DNA of 64,000 nt from Peribolospora baueri (taxonomy: Eukaryota), in the NCBI GenBank assembly GCA_029717555.1, contig JAMDHS010000033.1, forward strand, positions 1 to 64,000, in the 5' to 3' direction. Below are positions 23,701 to 40,737 of this stretch, piece by piece; within the stretch, counting starts at the first letter, position 1; each line of letters starts with the position of its first letter. The position numbers and the translations under genes are program-made. A model generated the notes under the pieces. That model was not told the DNA's origin and made no database searches. It saw only the letters and a list, made by a program, of their open reading frames with translations.

Positions 23701-26149
23701 ATACGCGTATGTAAAAACTCACTCTCAAAGGTGATGTTTGCTGAAGGCTTTGGCAGCTCCTGGACCTCGCATTCATACGGTACGTGAACGTCGCCCGAGC
23801 AATACTGGCCCTCGGCGGAAAGAATTGTGTAGTATCCCGGGTCGGAAGAGATGTTTAGCTGCAAGGACTGGATGGAGGAGGAAAGTAACTCGGACATCAG
23901 TCAATCTCGACTGCTGGAGAAACATGCCCTGGCTGGTATCTAATCAATTTACCTTGTCCTCCATGATCAAGGACTTTGTCCAAGGCGAGGTTGAAGACGA
24001 GGCGGCCGGTTGGAAGCCTACTTTGACGGACAGAGGAAAATCGTCCCCGCCCTGGACCTGCAGGTTGATGACGCCACTTTCGTTCCGTCGGACCCTGCGA
24101 GGAGTATCGCATCCAGAGAAGCTGACTGAGGTGAGCGAGTGGACAAAGAATTCTCGAGAGCGAGACTGCTGGGTTCGAGGGTCCGGAGCGCCGGCGATGT
24201 CTAAAGCGTTCCCGCACGCATCTTCGACTCGATCCAGGCGATAAGCATGACTGTCAAAGGAGGGGTAAACAGAACCATCAGCGAGGAGGACAGCGAGACC
24301 GGTTATAGCCAGACGATCACACTTACAGGCCGGGAGTCGATAAGTCCAGGGTCAAAGGTATGTTGACCGTGCTCGACGCTGCTGCTCGGATGTCCGCCTT
24401 CTCGTTCCATACCAAGGCGACAGAATCGGAGGAAGAAAGGTGTGCACTAGGATCTCGATGGAGAAGAGGTGATACCATGCCCGGAGGTGCCACTCGGGAG
24501 AGGGTCTGGTGCTCGACCTTGCCGGACACGACGCGATCATAACCCACGGAGAGCGGAGCTGCAAAACAAAAGTTATGAGGGAGACAGTTCTTTCCACGAG
24601 AATGATGAGAAGAAGATGCTTACCAAATCCACGCACGGTAAGGTTGACCTGTGCTGCTTGTCCAGGGCAAGAGTGCCGTATCCCGTCTTTGTACGGCCAC
24701 TTGTCCGGGAAATGCGCTACAGGGCACCCCACGACAACAGCTTCGGATTTTGCAATGCGCATATCCATCTTGTCCTTGTCGAGAACGCGATCAAGCTGGA
24801 TGATACCTTTTTGACGGACAGGCAAGATGTACAACTGCTCGCCGGCTTGCAGGGGTCGCTTCGAGTACCCGACAAGGCGGACGTCATCGACGTCGTCGTC
24901 GTAGTAGTCATCTTCATCGTCGTCACCGTCCCTCCCCAGCCTCTTGACAGGCTGGAGATGCCGTGCAGAAATGCCGAATTCTTCTCTTCGCCCAGTGTCA
25001 AAATCGTAGACCGAGCTGCAAATCCAGGAGCAATGGTTTCATATTAGGGACGAGTCATGGCATCAATTTGAACCACAACAGCTCACTATTGCAGGAGGCG
25101 GGGCTTGGTGTTGTTGACAAGTATCGGTATTGATGCAATGGGAGACCGCTGGTCAACGCAGAAGCATACGCCGTTCGGATTGATTTTCGCGGTGCTGCCG
25201 AAGTCAGCAGAAGCAGTAATAAAATTGTCAAATGCTGCCCGCGGAACAACGCGAAGTGCTTTGGATAGCACGCCTCTCCTATTTCCTTGCCTCTTCCTCT
25301 CGCGGATACACTCAAGTCTAAGCAAGTCTTTTGCGGTTCCTTCAACGAAGAGGGACACGTGATCCTCACCTATGAGGTAGCAAATGAACTGGGTTCGATC
25401 AAAAGGGACGAGACGTGCGACGCCAGACGTAGAGAAAGCTAGGTTAGATCACACCTAGCTACGATGAGGACATACCAATGCTGCAAACGATTTCAATGCA
25501 CTTACCTGTGTGTTTTCCGAGGAGATGCTTATCTGACGCCGTCAGAGCTCTCATGTGTACTCTGTCCTGCACCAGCCCGACTTCGCGGTGGAAAAATCCT
25601 AGAAAAGCGTGACCTTATAAGTACCACAAATTTGGGAAAGAAAAAAATATAATGAAATAAAAGGACTGAAAACCCGTGCAGAGTCTCACCAAGGAGAGGA
25701 ACAAAGGCTGCCAGTCTCCGCGTGGACACCTGCGAATATATTCCGAGTCAGCACTATCCACACGAAGAAGGAAGGACGCCGTCGCTTACCTTATAGTCGC
25801 CAAACAAGGCATAGTCAAGAAGACAGAGGAAAGCCACTTGCAACCACTTCGTCCGGACCGAAAATCGCAGCCGAGGTATCCGCAAGAAGTGCAGAAGCCA
25901 GACGAACGCGACGTCGATGAGGATCCATTTATAGAGCTCGGTATGTGCCCCGCGCACTTCCCACAACTTCCAGGCCTGGAAGCGGGCAAGGACCGTGCGT
26001 TTAGATCAGAATATGCCGCCTAGACGCTGTGCAGACGGAGACGAGCTCACCTGGAGGGCCAGAAAGATGGAGACCGCATAGAGCCGCTGGCTGGGGCCGT
26101 CCATGTAATCCTCGCGGATGAGCGGCGGTGGCCGCGTACGGTCCGTCAT
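20736..26149 (-). CDS. POM152: Nuclear pore membrane protein Pom152
   Basis: N-terminus PPPLIREDYMDGPSQRLYAVSIFLALQ, transmembrane segments and LRIPRL; TAKINPNGVCFC; repeated Ig-like units with G.GPW/G.PPF motifs and DxxC; ends IADKHCRFPRD* (TAG 20736-20738); many introns. Confidence 0.88.
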
Positions 26150-26359
26150 GCCGGCAAGCTCTAGCCAAGCAAGCAGGCCCGGCCGGTTCGGCTGATCCCT
26201 TCTTTCGATGTCGTCCTCGAGGAGGCGGCTGGCGGGGGTCGCTAGCGCAAGCGTTGTCGTCGTGGATGGAGGAAAGGAAGGAAAGAGGAAGCCGAGTGCA
26301 ACTGATCGCTGCCTTGCCGCAGCCAATCATCCATCATTGTGTCATTGCGACGCGGCGGT

Positions 26360-26368
26360 CGCGTCGCG
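26360..26368 (-). promoter_or_regulatory. Candidate MCB2-like element (CGCGACGCG) upstream of POM152
   Basis: Exact CGCGTCGCG on the + strand about 210 bp upstream of the ATG; function is inferred. Confidence 0.3.
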
Positions 26369-26490
26369 GCTATGGCGAGGAGCAATGAGACGCACAAACA
26401 AGCTGCAAACAAGCTGCGAGCAGCGCGACAAGTACATTCGGGTATCGTCCAGGTCTATAACGTACAAGCACCATCCTCCGACACGCGCAG

Positions 26491-29400
26491 TCACATCATC
26501 CGGCTGTTGGCTGGTGTGAAAGGAACGCCCCTCGACGGCGTGAAAGGAACGCCTCTCGCCGGCGTCCCCGCAACGGATCTCATGCCGAACGTAGCCACCG
26601 ATCTCGCGGGCGTGGCCGGGGCGAGTGCTGGAGGCGGAGGGGGTCCGCCGAGGACTGTGTTGTCGATGGCGATGCTCTGAGGCAAACCGTTTTAAGAAAA
26701 ACGATCAGCCGTGACAGAAAACGTCGAGCATCACCCGCCTTCCTGTCCTTCTCACCTTGGTGCAGTTTGCCGTCTTGTAAATGCCCACCAGTCGGTTCGC
26801 TAGCTCAAACATGTTGTTTCTGGGATCGAGCAGGTGGGGGCATGGATGAGTGAAGCCGGAAAAGGATGTTCGCCATGTGCACTCCACCACAACGCCAGCT
26901 CACCGGAGACTGATGATGACAAATTGCGCGTGTGAGGTCCGCTCCTTGATGTAGTTCGCAATGATGCTGACGTTCTTGAAGTCAAGCTAATCAAGACCGT
27001 ACCGTAGATGCCACGGTGGCGGGTTGGTCAGAGTCCATTCCAATTCGTAGGCCCCATTGCGGACATGGAAGACTTACCGCGGCATCGATCTCGTCCATGA
27101 CGTACAAAGGCGTCGGCTTGAAGACGTGCAGAGCGAACACTAGCGCGAGCGAGCTCAAGGTCTGCGCAGGGGCAACGACTCAGCCGCTCGTGTCCATGCC
27201 AACGTTTTCTCCACCATGACAATGCACTTACCTTTTCTCCACCGGAGAGGTTGCTGATGTTCTTCCAGCTCTTCTTGGGGGGCATGACGCTGAAGATGAT
27301 GCCTTCTGAGAAAGGATCCAGGCTGTCGACGAGTTCGAGCTCCGCGTTGCCTCCCAGTGTAATCATCTGCCAAAGTTAGGAGTACCGGTTTCAGCATAAG
27401 ACGGTCGGCTCCATCAGATGCGATCGAGCACCGCGAACCCACCTGGTACATCTCCTTCAACTTCGATGAGATGATGCTGAAGCCAGCCATGAACTCTTCC
27501 AGCCGTTGCTTGCGAAGGCTATCGTACCGATTCTTGGCGTTATCGCGCAGCTCCGTGGTCTGTTCTAGATCTTTGGCTCGCGACAAAAACTCGTTTTCGC
27601 GCCTTCGATACTCTTGCAAGACGCTTAGGTTCCCTTGGCCCTTTTCCACCTTGTCTGTAGAGAGAAAGCAGGGAACGCGGGATGAATCCTGCGCGGCGGA
27701 AGGGAACGGAGGATCGAAAGAAGAACGACCAACCTTCGAAGGCCGCGATTTCAGCTTTGAGGGTTTCTTTGTTCATACCGCGAAGTTCGTCTTCAGAGTA
27801 CTCCTGAAGCTCTTGAGGCTCAAACCGTTCCGGCTCGCGTTCTTCATTTCCGCTCGTTTCTTCATCGCCATCGTCACTAAAATGTAGACAAAATAGCGGC
27901 GGAGCATAAATCAGAAAATGATTGGGCCGCGGACCACAAAAGCGGCATGACTCACTCGATCTGATGAAGCTCAAGTTGCGAAAGCTGCTCTTGCCAGTGC
28001 TTCACGCGCTTTTCGTTGTCGGCTAGAGTCCGCTCGTTATCTTCGAGCTTTTGCTTGACTTCCATCTACGAGAAGAGACGAAAAGAGACCACTCAGTCTC
28101 CAGTATAGGCGTATCCCCCCCCATGCTTCGATCTCACCTCGAGTGCGCGGAACTTGTTGATCAGCTCTGACTTCTCGTCCAGGGTGGCCTTAGTTTCCTC
28201 CTTTTGCTCTCTCTTCTCCTCCATGGCGCCCTGAGCCCTCTCGACACGAGCTCGGACGGCAGCGACGGCGGTAGCCTTGTCATTGATGGACGCCTCCAGG
28301 GCCTCCATCTCCTCTTGGAGCGACTCTACCGTCTTAGCCGCAGCACCCATAGCCTTCTCCAGTTTGACGATATCCTTCTCCGCTTTGGACTTGGCCACCT
28401 CGGCTTTCGTCGTCCTCTCCGTGGCGAGGTCGATCATCTCCCGGATGCCGTCCACCTTGGACTTCTGCGAACGGAGACGCACGCCTCCGACTTGGAGAAT
28501 CTTCTCCTGGAGGCCTTTTATCTCCTCCTCGATGGCGCTCGCCTTGGTAGAAAGAGACTCGATGTCCTTAGCCGAGGATGCGATGACCTTCTCCAGTTCA
28601 GCCATTCTCTTGACGTCTCCAGCTTCCGGCTTGCTCTGCCGCCTGTAGGTGCGATCCGACATTCGCCAAGTTTACCAAGACGGGTGGGTCAGCGTCTCGA
28701 GCTGACGGCTTGGAGAACCGACTGACTCACTTGAGCTCCTCAATTCGCTTGTGCGCCTCGGCAATGCGACGCTCGCCGTTCGTGAGATCCATTTCAATCT
28801 TTTCCATTTCCATCTCCGTGACCGGTAAACGGGCGGTCAGCTCCGCCAGCTCGTCTTCCAGGCTTTTACGGCTACCTTGGAAGTCGTGAAGCTCCAGCTC
28901 GACGATGTCTCGCTCCTTCTCCAACTTGGCGATCATCGCTGGCGAAAAATCATCCGCTAGCTTGGAGCTCATCCCGCCTTTGGCAACACGAGTGCCACCT
29001 CCGGACATGGTTCCCGACTTATCGATGAGCTGCCCATCGAGAGTGACGACACGCCAGCGCTTTCCACCGTAAGCGATCCTGTTCGCCTGACTGAGGTCGC
29101 GAGCGACGAGCGTGTCACGGAGCTGATGGTAGAAGGCCGGAGCAAAACGCGCATCATTCGGTTTGACGAGGTCGAACAAGCGAGGGACGTTCTCCGGCGT
29201 TTGGATACGGTCCAGGTTCGACCTGGCAAGAGCATTGAGGACGACGAAGTTGGCACGTCCCAAGTTGTTCTTGCGGAGGTACTCGATGCACTGTTGTCCA
29301 GTCTCGACCGTGTCGACGACGATGTTGTCAAGGCCCGGACATGCTGTCGAGATGGCGACGTCGTATTCGTCGGCAATGGTGCCGAGGTTGCCAAGGCGGT

Positions 29401-32216
29401 CCTACAAGCGAAATTCAATCATCCATCAATTCGTTAATCTAGATGCGAGAATTGGAGCAGACACTCACATGAAATCCTTTTAGCATTCCAAGGTCCTTCT
29501 GTCGAGTCAAGCTATTCAGGACGTCCCCGCGTGTCCGCGTGGCGACCCGCGACGCCCTTGCTTCATCTGCGCGTTGACGAGCCGAAGCCGCCTTGCTACG
29601 CAATTCTTCGTCCCGCGCCCGCATTGCCTACCAATGAACGGGAATGGCCTCTTTAGCTTCAGCACATCGGACCCTCAGAAGCATCCCTACTCACTTCGAT
29701 TTCCTTCCGGCATTCCGCAATGCGCCTTTCAACTTCGACCTTTTCTTTGCTCAGACGGGCGAGATCTTGATGCTACCGGTCGAGAGACGGTGATGCTGTA
29801 AGTTCTCCGATAAGCTCACGAGACAGCTTTCGCCACCTCCCTTCGACTCACTTTCGCTTTGCTTTCCGCGCGCAATGTCTCAACGGCTTCAACAGCGTCC
29901 TCGACGGCTCGCGTAATGGAGCCCGTCTTGTCGGCGAGCAAATCTCGCTCTTCCTTAGCCACGTCCAGCGCTGCTTGCTTTTCCGCAATCTTGGCCGTCC
30001 ACGGCTGCAGCTCCTTCTGCTTGATCCCGATCTGAGAAGAAAAGCTCTGTGTCTTCTCTGTACATGTGCACAGGCGGAGATCATGGGCCAATATGAGGGC
30101 GACGCCGATGCGAGCGTGAGGCAGGAGACCTTCACATACCTTTCAGGCTGTCTCGGATGTCTTCAAGAGCCCTTTCCTCTGCGACCAACGACTCCTCCAA
30201 CCCCTGAAGCTCCTTGCCAACTTTATCGATTTCCTCGCCCGAGTTCTGAGCGGTCGCGGTCGCTTCAGACTTCGCATGCTTGTCCTGTACGATGAAAGGG
30301 ACGCAGGGCGATGAAGTTAGGTCTGGTGGAAAATTCCCACACGTCGTCTATTCAACTCACATCAGCCAGCGACTTGTTGGCCTTCTTGAGTTTGGCAATC
30401 AGATGTTTTTTCTTCTCTTGTAATTGAACGTCTTCGCGCTCGAAGGCACTCAGTTCCTTGACGACCTTCTCCGTCTCTTTCGCGAGAACCTGAACGGGAT
30501 CAAAGAACACGGGAAGAAACCCAATCAACATATGCTCAAAGGCGGAGTACAACGCACGCCCGACTCACGTCGTAATCCTTCGAGATGGCCTTGAACTGTT
30601 TCTCGAGTTCCTCGATTTCAGCCCTGCTATCCGCGTTCTTCTCCGACTCCTCGGCCAGCTGGGCTTTGAGGGACTGGATGGCTTTCGAAGCCACATCGAT
30701 ATGATCGCGGCTTTCCAGGACGTGTTTCTGCCAGAGAGCTGACTGTCGCTGCGCCAGCTCATTCTGGTCACGCAAGAAGGCCTCCGCGTCACGTTTCTTA
30801 CCCTTGCGAGAGAGAAGAAAGGGAACGGGAGCGATGAGTAAAAGCTCGGCGGAGAAGCGGATGGCGAAGATGATGCTTACCTCTAGCGCCTCCTTCTCCT
30901 TCTCGACGAGCTTGACCCTAGACAGCTTTTCCGCCCTCTGTTCGTTCAACTCGTCGACCTCCTTGAGGGCTTCCTCAATTGGCAATTTGTAAGAGCTTGT
31001 CCCAATGATGTCCTCTAGGTATTCGAGCAAACCGTCCTCATGCTCGTTGCTGCCCTTCGGTTTCATCTGAGCAATCGATTCGACTTCGCCTTGGAGGATG
31101 AGGAAGCGGTTGTGATCGATGTCAATGCCTCGTCCCTTGAACAAGTTGCGGACCTCTGTAAAAGACGACGCGCGCCCGTTGATGGTATACTTGGAGGCGT
31201 TGGACTTGAACGCTATTCGGGCAATTATCAGATGTGAGTCAGGCACAACCTCGAAGTTGTCTCCCGGCTGGTCAATAAATCCGACAGCAGCACGAAGTCA
31301 GAATGCCGTCAGGAAGAACGGTTATGGAACATAGGGTAACCCACCAGGTCGATAATTTCCCTGAAGTGAATTTCCACCGAGCAACTATCCAAGTTCGGGT
31401 ACTTTGCCGAGTTGTGGATGAGCTCGGACAGCTTGCCCTGACGCATTTTGTTGGCACGGTAGCCAAAGACGAAGAGGAGAGCGTCGATAGTGTTGGACTT
31501 GCCAGATCCGTTGGGTCCCACAATGGAGGAGAAGGACTGGCAACGTGGCACGAGCCCGAGAGTAAGTGCCTTCCAGGGGAGCTAGGAGCAGGACGGACGC
31601 TCTCCGGACTCTGAGCGCTGCTCACCTTGTGGAACGGCCCGATCTCCTGCCTGCCGGCATAACTCTTAAAGTTGACCAGGGCCATCTTATGAATCGTCAG
31701 CCGTGCCTTGGGTTTCTCCGGAGAAGCTGGGGAAGACGGCGCCTGAGCAGGCCGACGGACTCGTGTCGGTGTAGACGGGAGGGAATTGGGAATTGTAGGT
31801 CCCGGTGGGGGAGCCTTGCGGGGTGTGGCGTCGTCGTCCTCGGTTTCCAACTCCACGGCCCCCTTCTCCTCGGCCTGTTCATCCTCCCCCTCATCTTTCT
31901 CGCCTTTCTCGCCTTTCTCGTCTTCCTCGTCGTCCTCATCGTCCTCTTCCTCCTCTTCCTCTTCCTCCTCTTCCTCCTCTTCCTCCTCTTCCTCCCCTTC
32001 TTCCTCCGTTTCCTCCACGTCCTCCTCCTCCACGTCCTCCTCCTCTTCTTCCTTCTCCACCACTGTCTTCTTCTTCCCTCCCTTCGTCTTCTTCTGTTCC
32101 CTCATGTTTTCCTTGTCCTCCTCGTCCGAGTCGTGAAGGACCGCCGTCCTCGTCGAGCGTCTTGCCTTGGACGCGACAGCGCTGGCGGCTGCTCGACTGC
32201 TCCTCCTGGGCGGCAT
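26491..32216 (-). CDS. SMC4: Condensin subunit Smc4
   Basis: NFKSYAGRQEIGPFHK; Walker A GPNGSGKSN; RFLILQGEVESIAQMKPK; hinge WRVVTLDGQLIDKSGTMSGGG; signature LSGGEK; Walker B YVMDEIDAALDF. Confidence 0.96.
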
Positions 32217-32365
32217 GCTGGAGTATGGGGTGAGTGTGCCTGGGATGCGACTTGAGAAGAAAGGCGGCGTCAGGCTGTTCGGGGTCGTGGAGCACTCGGT
32301 TCAGCCTTGTGACCTCTTTGCTCGAGCGCTTCAGGTCCAGCGGACGTGGATCTATTTCGTCTCGT

Positions 32366-32374
32366 CGCGTCGCG
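32366..32374 (-). promoter_or_regulatory. Candidate MCB2-like element (CGCGACGCG) upstream of SMC4
   Basis: Exact CGCGTCGCG on the + strand about 150 bp upstream of the ATG, in the SMC4/ATP21 divergent promoter. Confidence 0.3.
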
Positions 32375-32636
32375 TCAGCTGTCCACGTGACCCCGCGACT
32401 GCGGCGAGCTTGCGTCCTCCAGCGGCGACTGCGGCTAGCCGACCTCCTTCTTCTTCCGATGTTGGCCGGCTGGAACTCGCACGCCCGGTCGAGGACGAAC
32501 ACGAAGACCCGGACGTAGCGTTGCGGCGACTCGACGAACGGAGATCAAGAACGTAGAATAGCCGTCCCATTTCGAACGACGACAACGACGACGACGATCG
32601 CCTCCACGTCTCCACCTTCTTTCAGTCGCGCGCACC

Positions 32637-33166
32637 ATGGTCTCCCCAACCGTTAACGTGAGCCTCGTCCGACGCCGGACAACACTGGCTTGGCGGCCTC
32701 AAGGAGAAGCGCTGGCCCCGACAGGGTCACAAAAAGTGGCGACGCTGACTTCCTACCCGACTCTTATCTTCTCGTTCCGACGCCATCCTTCCCCATCACG
32801 CTCAGGTGGTGCGTTACTCCGCCATCATCGGCGGCATCGCCTACGGCATCTTCCACCGGCGAACACTGCAGAAGCGTGAGGAGCACCACAAGGAGGAGGC
32901 CGCGTACAAGCACAAGCAACACCTCATCGAAGAGGCCAAGAAGGAGTACGCCAGGCGGCTCACCGCGGGCAAGGATGATGGTGAGCACACCATGCCGTCC
33001 GAGGCGCTGATCTTTGCGACGTGCCCGCGCCAGTCGCGCGGACGGATCTGCTGATCTTCTTTCGTGCACTCTCTCTCCTCGCTGTCCCGTAGTTGTCACG
33101 AATCCCGAGGACCCGAACTTTGACCTGGAAAAGTTCGTGGCCAAGTACGAGAAGGAGTCGGCATGA
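32637..33166 (+). CDS. ATP21: Mitochondrial ATP synthase subunit e, 3 exons
   Basis: MVSPTVN|VVRYSAIIGGIAYGIFHRRTL...LIEEAKKEY...|VVTNPEDPNFDLEKFV; GxxxG transmembrane motif; TGA at 33164-33166. Confidence 0.88.
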
Positions 33167-33619
33167 ATGAAAAGATGAATGAAGGGAAGGACGGAGTTTT
33201 TCAGGTGGGGGTTAGGCGAGGCTCCACTTTGATGTAGATCCCTCTCGAGACTGCAGGGGGGAGAAAGGGGGGGCAGGAGAGGTGGCGGGCGAGCGTTCAC
33301 GCGGAGAGAGCTTTGGGAAGGGAGGCTGCTGTGAGCCCCGGACCTTGCCTTGTAGGAGCCAGACGCGTTCGCTTTCGGAGCCCATGCATAGATTCCATGA
33401 TCCTCCAACAACGACCGACCGAACGGGGTACGAAATCCCTTCTCGGTCTTGGGTAGAGCGAGACTTAGCGGTATCGGCGTTTTGGCGTTCAGAGCTGGGA
33501 CAGAAACCATGCTCGACGATTACGGGTGTACCGGAGAGAGTGACTACATCATACATCACAGGCATCACGCGCCGCCACGCCGCCGCGCCGCCACGCCGCC
33601 TGTCGCCCCACCCTTCATT

Positions 33620-35674
<2,055 letters not shown>

Positions 35675-35693
35675 TTACTCGATCGCAGGCAAT

Positions 35694-37121
35694 CTACGCG
35701 CGACGCGCTCGGCCGTGCTGCGGCTTTCCTTCGACCCGTACGCCACCCAGGGCCGCAGGAGAACGAGCGTCGTCGCGACTCGCTGAACTGGAGAGAACAC
35801 ATATTGCAGGGAACACATATCTCATTGCGGTAGAGAGCTCGGAGAGCGACCGGCTGCTGACAGTCGCACGCCTTGTCGGTCCTTTTGCAGGAGGTGAGAA
35901 AGCCGGCGAGTCTTTGCGCGCCATGAACGCGTCTACCGGCGGCGACGGCCGGAGTCGTGCTTCACTGGTCCCCGTCATCGGCTCACACCACGTATATGCG
36001 CACCTTCTGCAGATCATGCACGTGTATGCGCTTTTCTTCCAGCAATGTCACATCGTCAGATATCTGTGCATTCCTTATCCAACGCAAATCAGGCGTGCTT
36101 GGGTTGCAGGAGACAGTGAGCTGACAGGAGGGGACACAAAGCATGACTACCTAAGGCATCAGAAGCGCGCGAACAGCTTCCATTTCGCGTTTCGTGCCTG
36201 TTAATTCGACCGACCTTACGGATGTGGGACGAATGCCGGTTAGAGAGCGCGCGATCTAAAGCGCGCCAGCAGAAAGCTCACAGAAAGTCGTGCCCCGCCC
36301 CGTCGAGGCAGGCGTGCCTGCTTGAATGACTCTCCATCTCGATCGGTGACGGGCAGCCGAGGCGAAGCTCCTCAAGCAGCGCCGAAGCGGTCTTTGATTT
36401 ACTTTCTTGATATAGCTTCCTGCCGTCGCGACTTCGACTGGAGCGCTGCCGCAAGCTTCTTTGAGTGAGAAGTGGCTCGTCTGGGAAATGAGATAAGAGC
36501 AGCAACAGATCTGATCGAACGAAGCCTAAGTGAATGAATCAGAAATAAAACCTAGAGGCAAGAACGAGAAGTGGACACGAGTATAGGAGTTAGACGAGGA
36601 GCCTGTAGCGGCCTTTACCCCACCTCGACGATCATCGGCCGGCGAGACTTGCTCCAGTGACGGCGACGATCCATCGTATCGAGTCGTAAGCACCCGCCAC
36701 CATCGTAGTTGATCCTTCAAGTAGGCAGTGGCGCTATGGGACACCGTCCACTTGCCGTCCTCGGCGAGTTGAGACCACGACACGGGTTGCGAGAATAAGT
36801 CAGAAAGGGCTCTGATGCCGAAGTCGGGAGCAGCTGACGGCTCTCTTTCTGGAGGATACGGAGCGAAGGTCAAGCACGACGAAAAAATAGACGAAAATAG
36901 CTCGCGAGTGACAAGGTCATACTGGAATACGTGGCCAAAAAGTGGGAGATAAGATGAATTCAGCAACTTGCTTTCAGGTCTTCTGACCTCGACACGGCGC
37001 CGCATGGGCTCACGTCCTGAGTGATGTGCTCCCGGACGTAGACGAGCCATTCAGGTCGACAGCCAGCGGCGGCGTCAGAGGAAGGTTTGTCGGCAACCAG
37101 CGCCTTCATGTCGTCCTCCAT
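35694..37121 (-). CDS. Probable multi-exon hypothetical protein; 3' boundary uncertain
   Basis: ATG at 37121 (MEDDMKALVADK...WLVYVREHITQD), then a GTGAG donor, a CAG acceptor and an in-phase exon YDLVTRELFSSIF...YLKDQLRWW; later exons not resolved; no recognisable domain. Confidence 0.4.
35699..35707 (+). promoter_or_regulatory. Candidate MCB2-like element upstream of the Hat2/RbAp48 gene
   Basis: Exact CGCGACGCG about 135 bp upstream of the ATG at 35563. Confidence 0.3.
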
Positions 37122-37392
37122 CGGCCCCCCACTTTTTTTTTCTTTGCGCTCAAGGCGAACCGGTGGTGGATGACGGCTGGAGTTAGTGGTGCTCAGTCCA
37201 GCTAGGGCACCGTAGCAATTAGAGGTCAGTCACGTGCTCCGCCCGCAGCGTGCGAGCGACGAGGTTGTCTTCGATGTTACCGGGAGTTTATAGGCTTATC
37301 TTGACGGCGTACCAACTCCCCGTCTCGTCCGGTGACTCCGCGAAACGACTCTCTCTGCACGGCTCGCCGCTCACCCTCGTTGGCTGGCTGGA

Positions 37393-40146
<2,754 letters not shown>

Positions 40147-40737
40147 AGTCTTCCGGTCGTCCTCTAGGCGGCGGTGTGCAGGAGCATGTGCCCTATTTGG
40201 TCGGTCTCTTTCGCTCCCTCCTTGTCTTTCCATGTCTTCTTCTTTGCCCTTGCCATCGCTCGCTTGTGTCGCCGCGGGCTGGGTTATATGTCGTTTCCTT
40301 TCGGTTGGCGCGGACGCCATGTACGTGTATTATGTACTACTCTCTCATCGACGAGCAGTGAATAGATTTCGGCGCACACGGCTTGGCCTGATACAAGCCG
40401 TCAACTTACGCGCAATACAAAATTTGAAATGCTCCCAGGCACCCGTCGCGATCTCGCACATGGCAACACCGCCAGCCAACCGACAACGACGACTGCGATC
40501 GTCAACACCACCATCGCCCGCCTTTTCCTTTCCCTCGTCCCCATCTTCCCTGCTTCTCCTCTGCCCCACTCGGTTCTCTTTGGGCATAACATCAAAGCCT
40601 GCCCCAAGGCGACCCATCCCCGTTCCTCGAGCCCCTCGCGTCGCCTCTGTGTCCAACCTCGGCCTCAAACGCGTACGGCCGGCTCGAAGCAAGGGAAGTG
40701 AAAAGAAGCCAAGACCCAGCGCTGCAGCTCGTGAGCC

